DNA of 64,000 nt from Phallusia mammillata (lineage: Eukaryota), in the NCBI GenBank assembly GCA_965637545.1, contig OZ281497.1:16988001-17052000 (forward strand), written 5' to 3'. The notes under the pieces were generated by a model. That model ran no database searches. It was not told where the DNA came from and saw nothing but the letters and a program-made list of their open reading frames with translations. Made by a program: the position numbers and the translations under genes. Below, one piece after another: positions 39,701 through 52,400 of the stretch. Within the stretch, counting starts at the first letter, position 1. Each line of letters begins with the position of its first letter.

Positions 39701-40318
39701 CAAAAACAGGATGAAATAAAAGAGCTTGCTCTAATGGAAATAAATCATTGCTTTACAGCCAGCATGGACAGTGGTGAATACAACTTTAGTGGCACAGCAT
39801 ATCATGTTACAAATATTGTCAATACATTGTCTGCAATGCCATCTCCCACTGTGGTCCAGCTATATGAGCAAACCAGACTTAAAAGTTGTCACCCAGACAT
39901 AGTTGCCAACCTGTACTTTTGCGGCACTCAAGGATCACTGACCAATGATAGAATGCTGGATATTCTTACAAAGGGTTTTAGCACCGAGGACTTTGCACAG
40001 AGCGAGTATGGAATTGGGTTACATTTTTCAAGACATGCTCGTGCAGCAGCAAGGTTTTCACCAACAGGGAAGATTCTTGTTGCTAAGGTCTGCCTTGGAA
40101 GTACCCAGACTGTTACAGCAAAAGATCCATGTCGTAGTAGTCCACCAGATGGACATGATTCAATACTTACTCAAGGAAGATTGTCATCCATGTCAGAGGG
40201 TATGTCAAGGGGACATTTCTACTCAAGATCATCCAACACTGGATCTAGTGAATACATTGTGTTCGATGTACACCAAGCGCTTCCTCTTGCATTTATTGAG
40301 TACAACCTAATTTTTTAA
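36756..40318 (+). CDS. Uncharacterised protein: GCN5-like GNAT acetyltransferase domain + coiled coil + C-terminal PARP/ADP-ribosyltransferase-like domain, 8 exons, about 724 aa
   Basis: Exons 36756-36965, 37250-37475, 37747-37897, 37966-38039, 38155-38379, 38525-38742, 39138-39363 and 39474-40318 join in one frame (2175 nt). GNAT motif A is [13 protein letters not shown] and motif B is NADQNAVDFFEKEGF. PARP-like motifs: LYFCGT, KGF, YGIGLHFS, VAKVCLG, PPDGHDS, EYIVFDVHQALP. Confidence 0.85.
37639..37699. repeat. 24-bp direct duplication in an intron
   Basis: tttttacatcctgccaaaagcatt at 37639-37662 and 37676-37699. Confidence 0.85.
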
Positions 40319-40542
40319 AATTGTTAATTTTTTTGCAAATCCGGTGTGCGAGTGAGTGCCAAAATGTTAGACTCAGTTGTGACGAAAAGATACTACAGCA
40401 CACCTGACAAAACTATCCTCTTTATTGCATGCTTACTACTTGTTTCTTCCATAAACTTCTTGTTTTGCATGTCATTTTTAAGTCCACTATTCCTTACACT
40501 GTGAAAAGTTTTGTTTAGTTTTGATGCTTGTTAGTGCCAACT

Positions 40543-40561
40543 ATTAAATATTTATTTGCAG
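40543..40561 (+). promoter_or_regulatory. Poly(A) signal abutting a splice acceptor; candidate operon / trans-splice junction
   Basis: ATTAAA (40543-40548) then tatttatttgcAG (AG at 40560-40561), 32 nt before the DNAAF1 ATG. The gap between the two CDSs is only 275 bp. Confidence 0.4.
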
Positions 40562-40593
40562 ATATATTTGGTAAGTATTTTTGTGCTATAAAA

Positions 40594-43500
40594 ATGCCAT
40601 TGATTGTGGAACTGCCTGATGAAATTCCGTCAGAAAACACAAGCAATTCAACAATACCCTTCAATACAAACACAGTAAGTTGCACATTTTTTGTGATTTG
40701 AAAATAAATGTTTTCAAACTAAATCTCAAAAACTTTGGAAACTAAAACTTTTTGTTTTAAAGACCATATATGGCAACCAACATTGCTTTCTTTGAACTTG
40801 GACTTTTTTCATTAGGTGATAAAATTTAAAAGAGAAGTCAAGTTTTAATTCCTTTAAGTCATTGCAGGAAGGTGAAAGTGAACCAATTGCTGTCTCTGAA
40901 CCATCACCACCAATAGAAACTGTCACGGAAAATGCTCCAAATATTGAAGATAAAGAAGAAGTTTTAGATGCTTCTGAGTCGTCTCCAAACTATGAAGCCA
41001 CCCAGGAAGACTTTACGGAGTGGATTGCCAACACTGATGATGAATCAATGTCAGATGTCACATCTACAGCTGGATCAGTATCAACTGTTGATGTGTGTTG
41101 CTTTGCATTACTCTTTACTTTTAATATGTAACACAGTTTTTTTTACTGTGTGCTAGTGGTACAATGTACTGACCATAACTTGGTAAAGAAACAAAACAGA
41201 GATTTTTGTTTCTCATAATGCTCAAGAAAATAGAGAACAAGAATCAGTGAGGTGGAAGGCCGAAGAGAAAAGAAAATTTGTTTTGGTCTAATGAGACAAT
41301 AGTGATAAGTAGTGAGTGGTAGTATTATGCAACATGGGTTAATAGAAGTGTATAGGTATAGTGTATTTTGTATTTTTCCTTTTTGAATTTTGTTTGTCTA
41401 TTTAGGAAAAACAAGACATGGAAGACACAAGAGAAGGTAATTTATTTAAAAATATATGAATTTATTTCAAGTTTTTGTTTTGTGAACTTATTTCTCTTAG
41501 GTTCAAGATGTGGGATTGACATGGAGAAGCTGGAAACCCTGTATCCAGGATGGAGACTTTCATCTGATGTCAAAAGTGTTCAGAGAAGAAGATATGGCAA
41601 GTTAAACTCTCATAATATTGTAGTGGTTTTGCTACTTATAGAAAGCTAAAGCTTAACCTTATGTTGTTAAACCCTCCCCCTTTATTTAACTTTTACAGAG
41701 GATGTAAAAAAGCGCCAAACCACTGGAAGAACAGTGGAAGATTTTGTACAGGACATGAAGCAGCGTTCGCTTGTTCATGGTGTTACTGAGTGTGTGGAAA
41801 AACCTGCACCTGGAGATGCAAAGCCGAAGCCAAACAAGTCAAAAAGTGTTTCATTCACACAAGATTTGAAACCAAACAATAGCAATGCTAATAAGGCACC
41901 AGAATCTAAAGAGCCAAGTATGTTTAACTTGTCAACTATACTTTATATTGTTACAACACACCTAATATCATTTATTGTGTTTGACAGAAGATACTACAAC
42001 TTCCACTTATTATGAGGTAGGAAGTGCTGAAGCCGAAGCCAAAAACCAGGAGAATTTCGAGAAAAAGGATGAAGCATGGTAGTAACTCAAAAAATTACAT
42101 GAAAGTTTATGAAACATTGTCTCATGGTAACCTTGTAATTTTTGTACATTAGTGATGTGCTTCAAAAAGTGGAAACTGCAGAAGAAAGAAGAAAGCGCGA
42201 AAAAGAAGAGGAAGAAATGTCGAGATATCCAAGGTAATGGGAGTTTTTGTCACAGGCCAAATCTTCTGATGTCAATTCATGCGCAACTTTGTTTTCTAGG
42301 ATGACAAAGGATGCTTTAAAAAAGATTTGCAAACAACACAAGCTTTATTCCACTCCATACCTCAATGATAACTTATATCTTCATTACAAAGGTGCTTGTT
42401 GATTTTATTGAGTTCTATATATTGGTTATGTTGTGCTCTTGTGCCATTTTACTTTATATTCAATCACTTTTCAATTCATTCAGGATGGTGGAGGATTGAA
42501 AATCTTGATGAATACACTGGATTGAAATGCATATGGCTGGAAGTTAATGGTTTAAGGAAGATTGAAAACCTTGAAAAACTTACTCAGTTGAGGTAAAGAT
42601 GGTTTGAAAAATTCCAGCGTTTATATGTATGTGTATGTCAAATTTGACTCCAACAAGCTATATTGCAGAAATTAATTGTATATCCGGTCTATCATAACAC
42701 ACCGTTTTTTTTTCCGGTAGATGCCTCTACTTGCAGCAGAACCTAATAGACAAAATAGAAAATTTGGAAACACTTCAGGATCTACGAGTGCTTAACCTAT
42801 CCAACAACCAACTCCTGAAAGTCGAAAACCTGTGTAAGTAAAATAATAACTTTCTCATTATTTTGTTACATTACGATTCCTATGTCGATACATTATAAGC
42901 CCGAACAGGTAGTAACAGAAATAAAATATTAGGGACGTACACCTCTGAAGGTATGGGGTTTAGGGTTCGAAAGAACAGATATCTCAGTGGTGCAATACCA
43001 TTAAACCCATCGCCAACCCCAACGACTCCCAGGGATTTGTCTGTATCGACTACTAACCAGTTATTGCACCAGTTTCTGTTGTTCGAACCTACTCCGAGTT
43101 AAGTAGAAAAACTAAAAGTGAATGGGTGAGAGACTTTCACTGTGAGGGTTTCTATTAAAACAAGTATAATTCCCAGAATTAACTTTTGCAAAATTTTACA
43201 GCTTGCCTTCCCAGGCTGGAAAGCCTCCAGATGGCTCACAATCATTGCTGCACCGTTGAAGCGCTCGAGCATCTAAAAGAGTGCAAAGAAATAAGTGTGT
43301 TAGACCTATCGCACAACAGGATTGACGATCCAGCCGTTGTTGACGTGTTTGAAGCTATGCCTAGTCTTGTACGTATATTTGTACACATTGTGTTAAAATT
43401 ACCAAACATTTTATAGGCTATGGCTAAAATTTAAACTGCAATTATAAGGAAGCTGTGTGCTTTTAATATTGTTCTTTTGCTGTCACTAACTTTCAAATAG

Positions 43501-45604
43501 TTTTATTTTCGTTTGTTTACGGTTGTTGTTGTTGTTGTAAGTTGAGAGTTAATAGCACCATTTTACCAAAACATTACGTTTCTTACAGAGAGTACTAAAC
43601 CTAATGGGAAATCCTGTTATCAAGAAAATCAGGTTCTATCGAAAAAACTTGATCGTGCGGCTTAAGGATCTTACCTACTTAGATGACAGGTATAAAAACG
43701 ATTAATTGATTACCCCTAGACAAACGCAATGTGTTTGACCAAGGAAACGTTATTTTTTTGTCCAATTAGGCCTGTTTTCCCACGTGACCGCGCATGCGCA
43801 GAAGCATGGCATCGTGGTGGTCACGAAGCAGAGAAAGCAGAAAGGCAGCACTGGGTCAACAAAGAACGACAAAAGATACAGGTACGTGGAATTTTCATTC
43901 TATGGTTGTTTTACGTATGTGCGATTAAATTATACGTCTTATGTTTTATGTTACTTTTTGCCCTGACAAAATTCCGTAAATTATGCTGTCTTTTTTCCAG
44001 GACAGTATCGATTATCTGCACAATGTAAGGATAGAGGCACAAGCTAAGAGAGAGGATTCTGGAGTTACCTGTAAGTTGCATGTAAGAGATAACTTGTGGT
44101 TGCAGGAATGAACGTTTGCCAAGGAAGTGCCCAAACTCAGCAAGTCATACAAGTATGTTACGTTATTCTTTTTCTATTTTAAGTGGAATCGAAGGTCACC
44201 CCTGTCGAAATGTTTGAGCCAAAGATACCCGGTGAAGAGACGACACCACCAGAGGGCGCCGACGAGGCGAAAGAAAGTACAACAGACGGAGATTCCAAAC
44301 CTGAAGCTGAGATGATCAACAATGAGGAGTCAGAAGTTAAGTCAGACAACAAATTGTTACAAGAGGAAGGAAAATTTGTCACTGAAATTCCAGGTATCAG
44401 AATAAATCTGTGGGTTTATGGTTGGTAAATTTTAGAAGCAAATAGATTGTCGTAATTCTGTTGCTATAGGCATGACAAAAGCTGCTCACAAATGTGTTGT
44501 TATCCAAACGCTAATAAATCGGTTTGTTTCATATATATAACTGTATTTGTGTTTCGTAGATGAGGAATCCATCGAAACTATTGAGTTAAAAACGGATGAC
44601 AACAGCAAGTTCGACCTTGACGATTTGCCCGACCTTGAAGATGTGGAAATTGACGAGCTGGGCGGCGTATCCAGCATCAACTTGCTGGTAAGTTATTATA
44701 CAATGCTATAGTTGTAGATAAAATAAGGTCATTGTTAAGGTGAATCCAAAGCAAAAATATTAACATCAAGTCAATACAAACATCCTAATTAAATCTTCAT
44801 ATTTTTTGACAAAACAAAACTTCTAATCTAGAGCAGACAGATTCCAGAAGCGACTAAACTTTACTGTTTTCATCATTGTTTATCATTTGATTGCAATGTA
44901 TTTAGTCGGAAAATCGACCTAAGATAGAAGTTTTGGAAAACAACTACGTTGCCGAAGCGGGAAGCAAAACTAAAATATCAGACAAAACGTACAGCAGTGA
45001 AGGTCAATTTCAGAGGTTGCTCATTGAAGATGTTACTGAAAAGGTGGGTTGAATTTGGTAAAGCTCCCGATATAAACTTTTGGGCAAGGCGTTGTCGGTT
45101 TTGGCTCTGTGTTTGCTCGCCTTGAAAGTGATACACGGTATGCGTTTTAAAATCGGTAAATATCTTTTGATATGCAGATGTTTTACAGTAAAGTTTTTAA
45201 AACTACACAGGCAAGTTTCTCGCGATTTGTCGTGACAAACTTTTCTTGCCATGATCTAATGAGATTTGAAACATTTTTTTCAATTTTTTGTGGGTATCGT
45301 ATATGCAAGTTTCACTACACCCTACCCTATAGATAAGCATCGACAAGGTGGACATAAAGACATTTCTAAACGTTTCTGCGTGTTACAGAATGAAGAAAGC
45401 AAATCAGAAAATTTAGCAGACGGCGGATCCGGTGATACTGCTGATGATGCAAAAGGTGAGAACAGGTGCCCTACTCTTAGCCACGTGGAGTAGGATTTTG
45501 GTTCTTGGTGTTAGTCATTACGGAGGATAATATTTTTGTTTACATTAGACATACAGACACATTCGAAAGACAATGAAGACGAACTGGAATTTGGACTTGA
45601 TTGA
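40594..45604 (+). CDS. DNAAF1: Dynein axonemal assembly factor 1 (LRRC50/ODA7), 19 exons, about 717 aa
   Basis: Signature [34 protein letters not shown], followed by LRRs ([35 protein letters not shown]), [18 protein letters not shown] and DDLPDLEDV. The exons from 40594-40674 to 45549-45604 sum to 2154 nt in frame, with one GC-AG intron. Confidence 0.93.
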
Positions 45605-45885
45605 ACTTCGTTCGGTGCAAAACATTTTCCATGATACTGTGGCGAAGTTGTTTGAAGGCAATATCCAAGGCTTGTCCCTTCAGAATACACCTCGCTACAG
45701 GACAGCAGTTTAAACTTTCTGTGCTTTTGCTGTGCTGCTATTGTTTAGTTTGGGATTTTACTTATTTTCGTTTCTTTTTTATACTTTAACTCTTAGTATG
45801 TATTTTAGTGTGTGGTGCTTCATTTACTTATTAAAAAGATTTGTGTTAAAACTGTGACCTTTTAAAGTCGTGTATAAATTTTGCG

Positions 45886-46041
45886 AATAAAAAGTTTTAA
45901 ACCTTCATTTGATTGTAATGTCTTTGAATTTTTGGTTAGTTGATTAATTGGAACGAGCCGCTAATTCATTGTCGTGTACGCAGTGCTTTAGTCGTAAATA
46001 TGTGTGTCACTCATCCACTATTATCTACTTTTATGACGTCA
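45886..46041 (+). promoter_or_regulatory. DNAAF1 poly(A) signal and a CRE site in the putative HOOK promoter
   Basis: AATAAA at 45886-45891. Perfect TGACGTCA at 46034-46041, about 420 bp upstream of the HOOK ATG. Confidence 0.4.
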
Positions 46042-46458
46042 TGATACAAATGACCTAAAGAAGAAAGTCCATTCTATTTCTAACTTCGGTTTTGGTCAGT
46101 TTTTTGTGTGACGTTAACAGGCAGTTTTAGATGAAATTTCAGATAGTGAGTTAGGTTTGGTACAATAGACCAAATTGTCAGTGAAAAAAAGCTGTTTAAA
46201 CAAGGTACAGCGTACAGGTGTAACGGTGTTATATTAAGTTTTAGATGTTGAGAGCAGTTTAAATATTACATGCAATGCAAGTTGGTTATTTGTAAGACAA
46301 CATTGGGTATTAAGAATAACCAACAGACAGTATAGTAACTGGCTGTAACTTAATACTCAAAATACAATATCTGATTATTTATAGAATCATCTTTTTTAAT
46401 TAAACTGCTTACAAAATACAAATTGCCAAAAGTCCTTGGGTTGCCTCGGAACAGCTCT

Positions 46459-49400
46459 ATGAAAATGGAATCCTCACAGCTATGTGACTCATTGATTATC
46501 TGGGTATGTATTTTTTGTAGTAAATCTAAATTCATTTATGTTGCTGTTACGGTTAACTATAGTTTTAAATGTTAACTGCAATCAGAATTACTGCTTTTTA
46601 TATTTCATATGGAAATGACTAAACCTTATTATTCATGTTGTCTTAGATATCGGGGTTTAAAATATCGTCACCAAACCGACATATCCATGACTTGACTGAT
46701 GGTGTTGCCATGGCAAAGATATTAAATCAAATGTAAGTAAAATAGGTGGTTAAAAGTAGTCCTGCAGTGACATGTTTATAAATTTAAGTAGTTAAATCAC
46801 AATTCAGGATGTTTACTACAAAGTCGTAGGTGAACATCTTTCAAACCAAAAACTGTTTTTATTTTGTGCACAGGGATTCTGCATACTTCAACGAAGCATG
46901 GATTGGAAGAATAAAATCTGATGTTGGTGATAACTTTAGATTAAAGGTAACATAGCTTGTCATGCTATTGTCCAGCATTTGATTTAGCTGATAAATTTGA
47001 TTCTTAAACTTGTGTATAGTCCAGAAACAAATTGTTACATTTAGTTTTTTGATGTAATTGTTTTTGGCCTAAATTTAAGCCCACCAGGCTAAATTTTCAA
47101 TTTGTTGCATTTTGTTTGCAGACAAATAACCTCAGAAAAGTTCTCAACCACATTGTGGACTATTTTAAAGAGGTATTTTATGGTGTGATAAGCTTAACAT
47201 TAAACTCAATCAACCAGTATATAGAACCAGGTCATGAACCTAATGTCTAAATCTTCAACATAAAACAGCTAATAAAAAATTATGTACTTCTAATTTCTAA
47301 GTTGTTAATTTGTATTTGGTTTATTGCATTTATTATGGCAATCTTTTCCAGTTAATTTAAGCTTTTCATCATGACTACTTTAAAAAATATTAAAAAACTT
47401 TATTAGGAAGTACAATTTGTCTTTTAAATGTTCATTTGTAAGCCTGATTGAATTTGTTAAATAATATTCTTGTGTATGAAGGCAGCTTTATCAACGTGAT
47501 TCATGCTTTGCTGTACTGTTATTTGTTTAATAGGTCAGTGGCAATCAAATTGTAGGCTATGACATGCCAGATGTGTCACTTGTCAGCGAAGTGGCAGATA
47601 AACATCATTTGGGAAGGCTCCTACAGCTTATGCTTGGGGTTGCAGTAAACTGCCCAGGAAAACAACGTAAGATTTTACTTTTTTGTATGTAGGGATGAAA
47701 TTAGCCATGACGTTCATGTTTTATTCAATGAAATGCCATATAATAACCAAATGCAGTGTCATACCGTTTTTCTCTCAAACACCACTGTACATGGTTAATG
47801 TTGACTTCCAATTAAGTGACACATTTAGGACTTGTAGCCTTATGGCCTAAGTTAAGGAAAACTTCAATGCACAACACAACATAATACAGATTTTACTAAA
47901 CAACAAGTTTTAACTTTCATCTACTTTGTATACATAGACTACATTGAAGAGATTATGAAATTGGATGAAGATGTACAACATGTAGTTATGACAGCTATTC
48001 AGGTAGGCAAACTATATGCAAAATATGGGTACATGTATAACAAGGCTGTCATATTTTTTCTGTTTTTGAAATATTTTACTAACACATATATGCTTGATAT
48101 TCAACAGGAGCTGATGCAGCATTACCGACCATGCTCTGATACAGTAGATGGTGAAGCACCTGCCACAGTGGACAGCGATATGTCACAGCAGCTTAAAGTG
48201 CTAGAGGAAAGACTTGCTGATGCTGTGGCTGAAAGGGAAGAAATGGCTCAGCGATGTCATGACCTTGATATGCAGGTTGGTATTTGATATTAAATTGTGT
48301 TCACATGACTTGTACATGTTTTTACACGTCAACAGATATTATGAGACAGCTACCTTACACAATTTATTCTGCAGCATTTTTTGAAGCATCATAGGATTTT
48401 GCAAACTGCAGTGCATGGTTGGCTAGCCTTGTGTATGGTCCCTGTTCACTAGTTTGGTGGTCTTGTATCTTGGTTTAAATTAACTGTCCTTACAAATAAC
48501 AAATGTAATATTTAAATGTATTCAAAACTAGGACAGCTCCAGTAAACATCATAATAGGACGCAATGATTTGTTGTATTTGCAATTGGGTCAAAATGTGTG
48601 CATTTGGAGCAAAGAACAGTTGTGCAATTTTATAATTGTAATCTTTGATGTATTATACCAATAATATGGGGTATCAGTGCAGATAGGTAATATTTAACCA
48701 TTTATGTTGAAATGCTGTATAATTTTGGATTGCAGTATACTTAACCACAAATATTCTTGCAAATTTACCCTTAGGGAAGCACACAATACTCTCTTCCAAA
48801 CTATAATCAGTATTTAGTGTTCATACACTATTCTCTTACAAAGTACAATTTGGGTTTAGTGTTGTTTGTTCATGGAAGATGTCTAGTTTAATTTTGGTAT
48901 AAGTTCTATGTTTGTAACTGTGCAGCTAATGTCTACAACAACCCATTTGCAAAGCCTACGTTGTGATTATGCTGTACTCCATGACAAGGTGACATCAACA
49001 TCCCACATGTGCACACAGATTTTGACATACCACATGTTAATGGCATGTAAAATCAGGGTCCGGTCATCATGGCAATGCTTGCATTGGTATAAAACACTTG
49101 CTTCAAGGGTCAATGATCACATAAATCCTGTTACATGATAACTTGATCATGTTGTCAACTTTTTATATTCAATGCACAGAAACATAGTGGCCATGCATGT
49201 TCTGAAACCAATTTGTTTGTCAAGTTGTCACACCTGTGTATAGGTGTTATGCTATTTCATGTGTTAAACATTTAAAGACTTGTTGCCATTCTACATTGTT
49301 ATGATTACCTTTGTAGGTTGCAATGGTACATGAGGAAAAGGCCAATTACCTTCAAGAGAACACAGATCTCCGACAGCGACTCAACCAACTGGAGAACTTG

Positions 49401-52400
49401 GATGACCCCTCATCACCTGCATCCCTTCGACACTCCCAGATGATGAATCAAATAGCAGAGCTGCAGGAGGAAACATACAAGTAAGAAAAAATATTCTGTG
49501 TTGTCCTGACTTAGTTGAAATAATGCAGTGATAGAAAAAAGTTATTGTTTGGTTGCTTGTGTAGGTTGGAGGCTTCGAGGGATGATTACAAGTTGAAATG
49601 TGAAGTTGTTGAACAAGAGTTGATTGACACACAGAACAAAGTGGATGAACTTGCCACGCTGGCTGAAGAATCAAGGTAGCACTTATACAACATATATATT
49701 GACCTTGTGATTTAAACATAATGTTAAGTTTTAAAAGGCTTACTGGTATATATGTGTTGAAAACAATGGCAGGTTGTTGAAAGATGAGATCGACTACCTT
49801 CGTCCAGCATCAGAAAAAGCATCAAAACTTGAATTGACTATTGAAACCTACAAGACTAAGTTAAAAGAACTCACAGACCTTCGTGGTCAGGTTTGTCTAT
49901 TAGTTATTATAGTCACTCTTTTAAAAGTTGTGTTTTTTTACAATTTCCTTGCATTTGTGTTTTCCACAACACAAAATTGGTGCATACAGTGTTAGTTAAA
50001 CAATGACAAGCTTATACAATTTCATGCCAGGTCAAGCTGTTGGAAGACAAAAACACTTCCTACATGGAACGAACCATAGACCTGGAAGAGGAACTCAAAA
50101 AGGCCAATGTAGCAAGATCACAGCTTGACACTTATAAGAGACAGGTATTTTTCATGTTTTTGGCCAAGAAACGCTTCATCTTCCCAATAGAAAACTCAAT
50201 GTACAAATTGCATTATTAGGTTCTGGATCTCCATAACAAACTTTCAGAGGAAACTCGGCGAGCTGACAAAGCTGAATTTGAAATTAAGACAAGAACAGAT
50301 AAAATTAAAAGTCTTGAAGGCGAAAAGGAGGTAATGTTATATACTTTAACAAGCTTTTTATGTTACACCTGTACATAATGTATAACAATATCTTGATGTA
50401 CAACTATTGCCTTGCCCTTGATATGAGATGATACAATTTCTTAGCTCTGTATTTAACCCGCTTTGTCATGTTTCAGAGGTTACAAACTGAACGAGACTCA
50501 CTACGTGACACAAATGAGGAATTACAATTTACCTCACAACAAGGAAACTTTATGAGTGAGCATCTTCTCGGCTCAGGAGAACCTGGAAGCCCAGGACATG
50601 AAAACTTCAACCTATCACCCCTGGAAATGAAGTGAGTCCACAAATCTACTAAAACTGTTTGAAATTGGGGCAACTTATTTATTCAAAGCAATCTTTTACT
50701 GATTATAAATGATTTATAAACAGGGAAAAATTAATTCGCCTTCAACATGAGAACAAGATGCTGAAAGTACAGCAGGGTGAGTTGGGTGATGAGAGAGTTG
50801 TTTCGTTAAGCAGCGATCTGGAGCTTGCCAATTCCAGGATCAACGAGCTGGAGACAGAAACCAGGTGTGTAAATTATTGATTCAATGTCAACATACCGGC
50901 AAAATGGCAGCTAAGCCAATATTTACATATGTGTATCACACTCAACCCTTGATTTTGTAGTGTACTATTGTTACAAATAAACATTGTATTATATATGAGG
51001 CAGTTGACTGTTTTTTGGGAAACATTTTTAGACACAGTAAAAAAGAAACACACATTTGTAGGAAATTGTGACATTTTGTCTCCCTTCACAAATATGCAAA
51101 GAATGTTTATACCACTCAACAACCCAGTCATAAACCACAGTGGTGACTGACTGTAACTAACTCAGTTAATAATAGCCAGCCATAAACATTAGACCTAAAG
51201 AGTTTTAGTGGACAGTACCAGTATTGGACTTGCCTCTGCTGTTTTTTTACTCTTTCTCACCACTATATTGATATTTAAAGTCTCATGCTAGGGACTGATT
51301 ATAATGATTATGGCTCCTTGAGCAATAAAAACAAAATTTGTATGATGATATCTTCTTTGTGCAAAGTTTATATTTCATATTTTTTCTCGTCCACAGGTTA
51401 GGTGGAAGAAGAGTGATTGAACTTGAATCTCAGGTAAAAGATTTGCAAGACGAACTGCAAGTAAAAGGAGCAAGCTCTGAAGATGTAAGTTGCATGAAAT
51501 ATGTTTATTGGGCTGTAATGGTGTTTCAACTGACATGCATCACATCATATGTGTGTTTCACATTGTTAAGTTACACAAAAAACGTTTTCTGCCCAAAATG
51601 TAAAATAACCTTGCATTTTTACCTCATTGACATTTCGAAAAATATGTCCATAAAATTTAAGTAAGACATAATCACTGTCATAAGTTTTGTTGTGTAGTTA
51701 TGGCCATGTTGTAAACTTGTTTTCACATAATACTGCAGTACGATTTATCCACAAAGGAGTGGAGTTAACATATGTATTTTTTCCTGTCTTGGATGTGCAT
51801 AACTAATGCCTGCACAACTTATAACATTCTTGCCTGCATTTCTTGTTTGTGTGATACAAGACAATGCATGACGGCTTGTTCTTATTTTGCATGTTCCCAA
51901 CTACAGCCTCATGTGAGTATACAATGCATGTTGTCATGTGCTTTTAGCTGTATGTTGGCAATAAACTATAATGCTGCTTTGAATTGATTAACTATAATAA
52001 AGAAAAGCTTCATTAATACATTGATAGTGAAATCATGGGATCCTTGAGTTTTTGTACTTGTGGTATATATATATACAGGATTTGTTTATATTTAAAAGTA
52101 GCCAATCACTTGTACTTGAAATTCTATATTTTCATCATTTTGTGGTTGCCGTGTTTTGTTTTTTTCATTGCATGCACTGCAGTTTTTTTGTGAGTCACTA
52201 TTTGTGAATATTGGGTGCGGGTATAATTTATTTAAATGCATTTTTGGTTTGAAATAGCTATTGTTAAGTTTAATGATTCATTTTTGTTTTAACTATGTTT
52301 GCTACCTTCTGACCCCCTACACATGTGAAATTAGTGTTGGTAGTGTATATTAAACCTGTGACTACTTTTTCCAATTCGCGAAACATGTTGTGATATTTGT

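Noticed and set aside
41227-41292. Possible extra DNAAF1 exon
   Set aside because: In-frame stop and no suitable donor; the model is complete without it.
42935-43092. Degenerate inverted repeat in a DNAAF1 intron (ggttcgaa...tggtgcaata / tattgcacca...ttcgaacc)
   Set aside because: Probably an old foldback element remnant, but boundaries and TSD cannot be defined.
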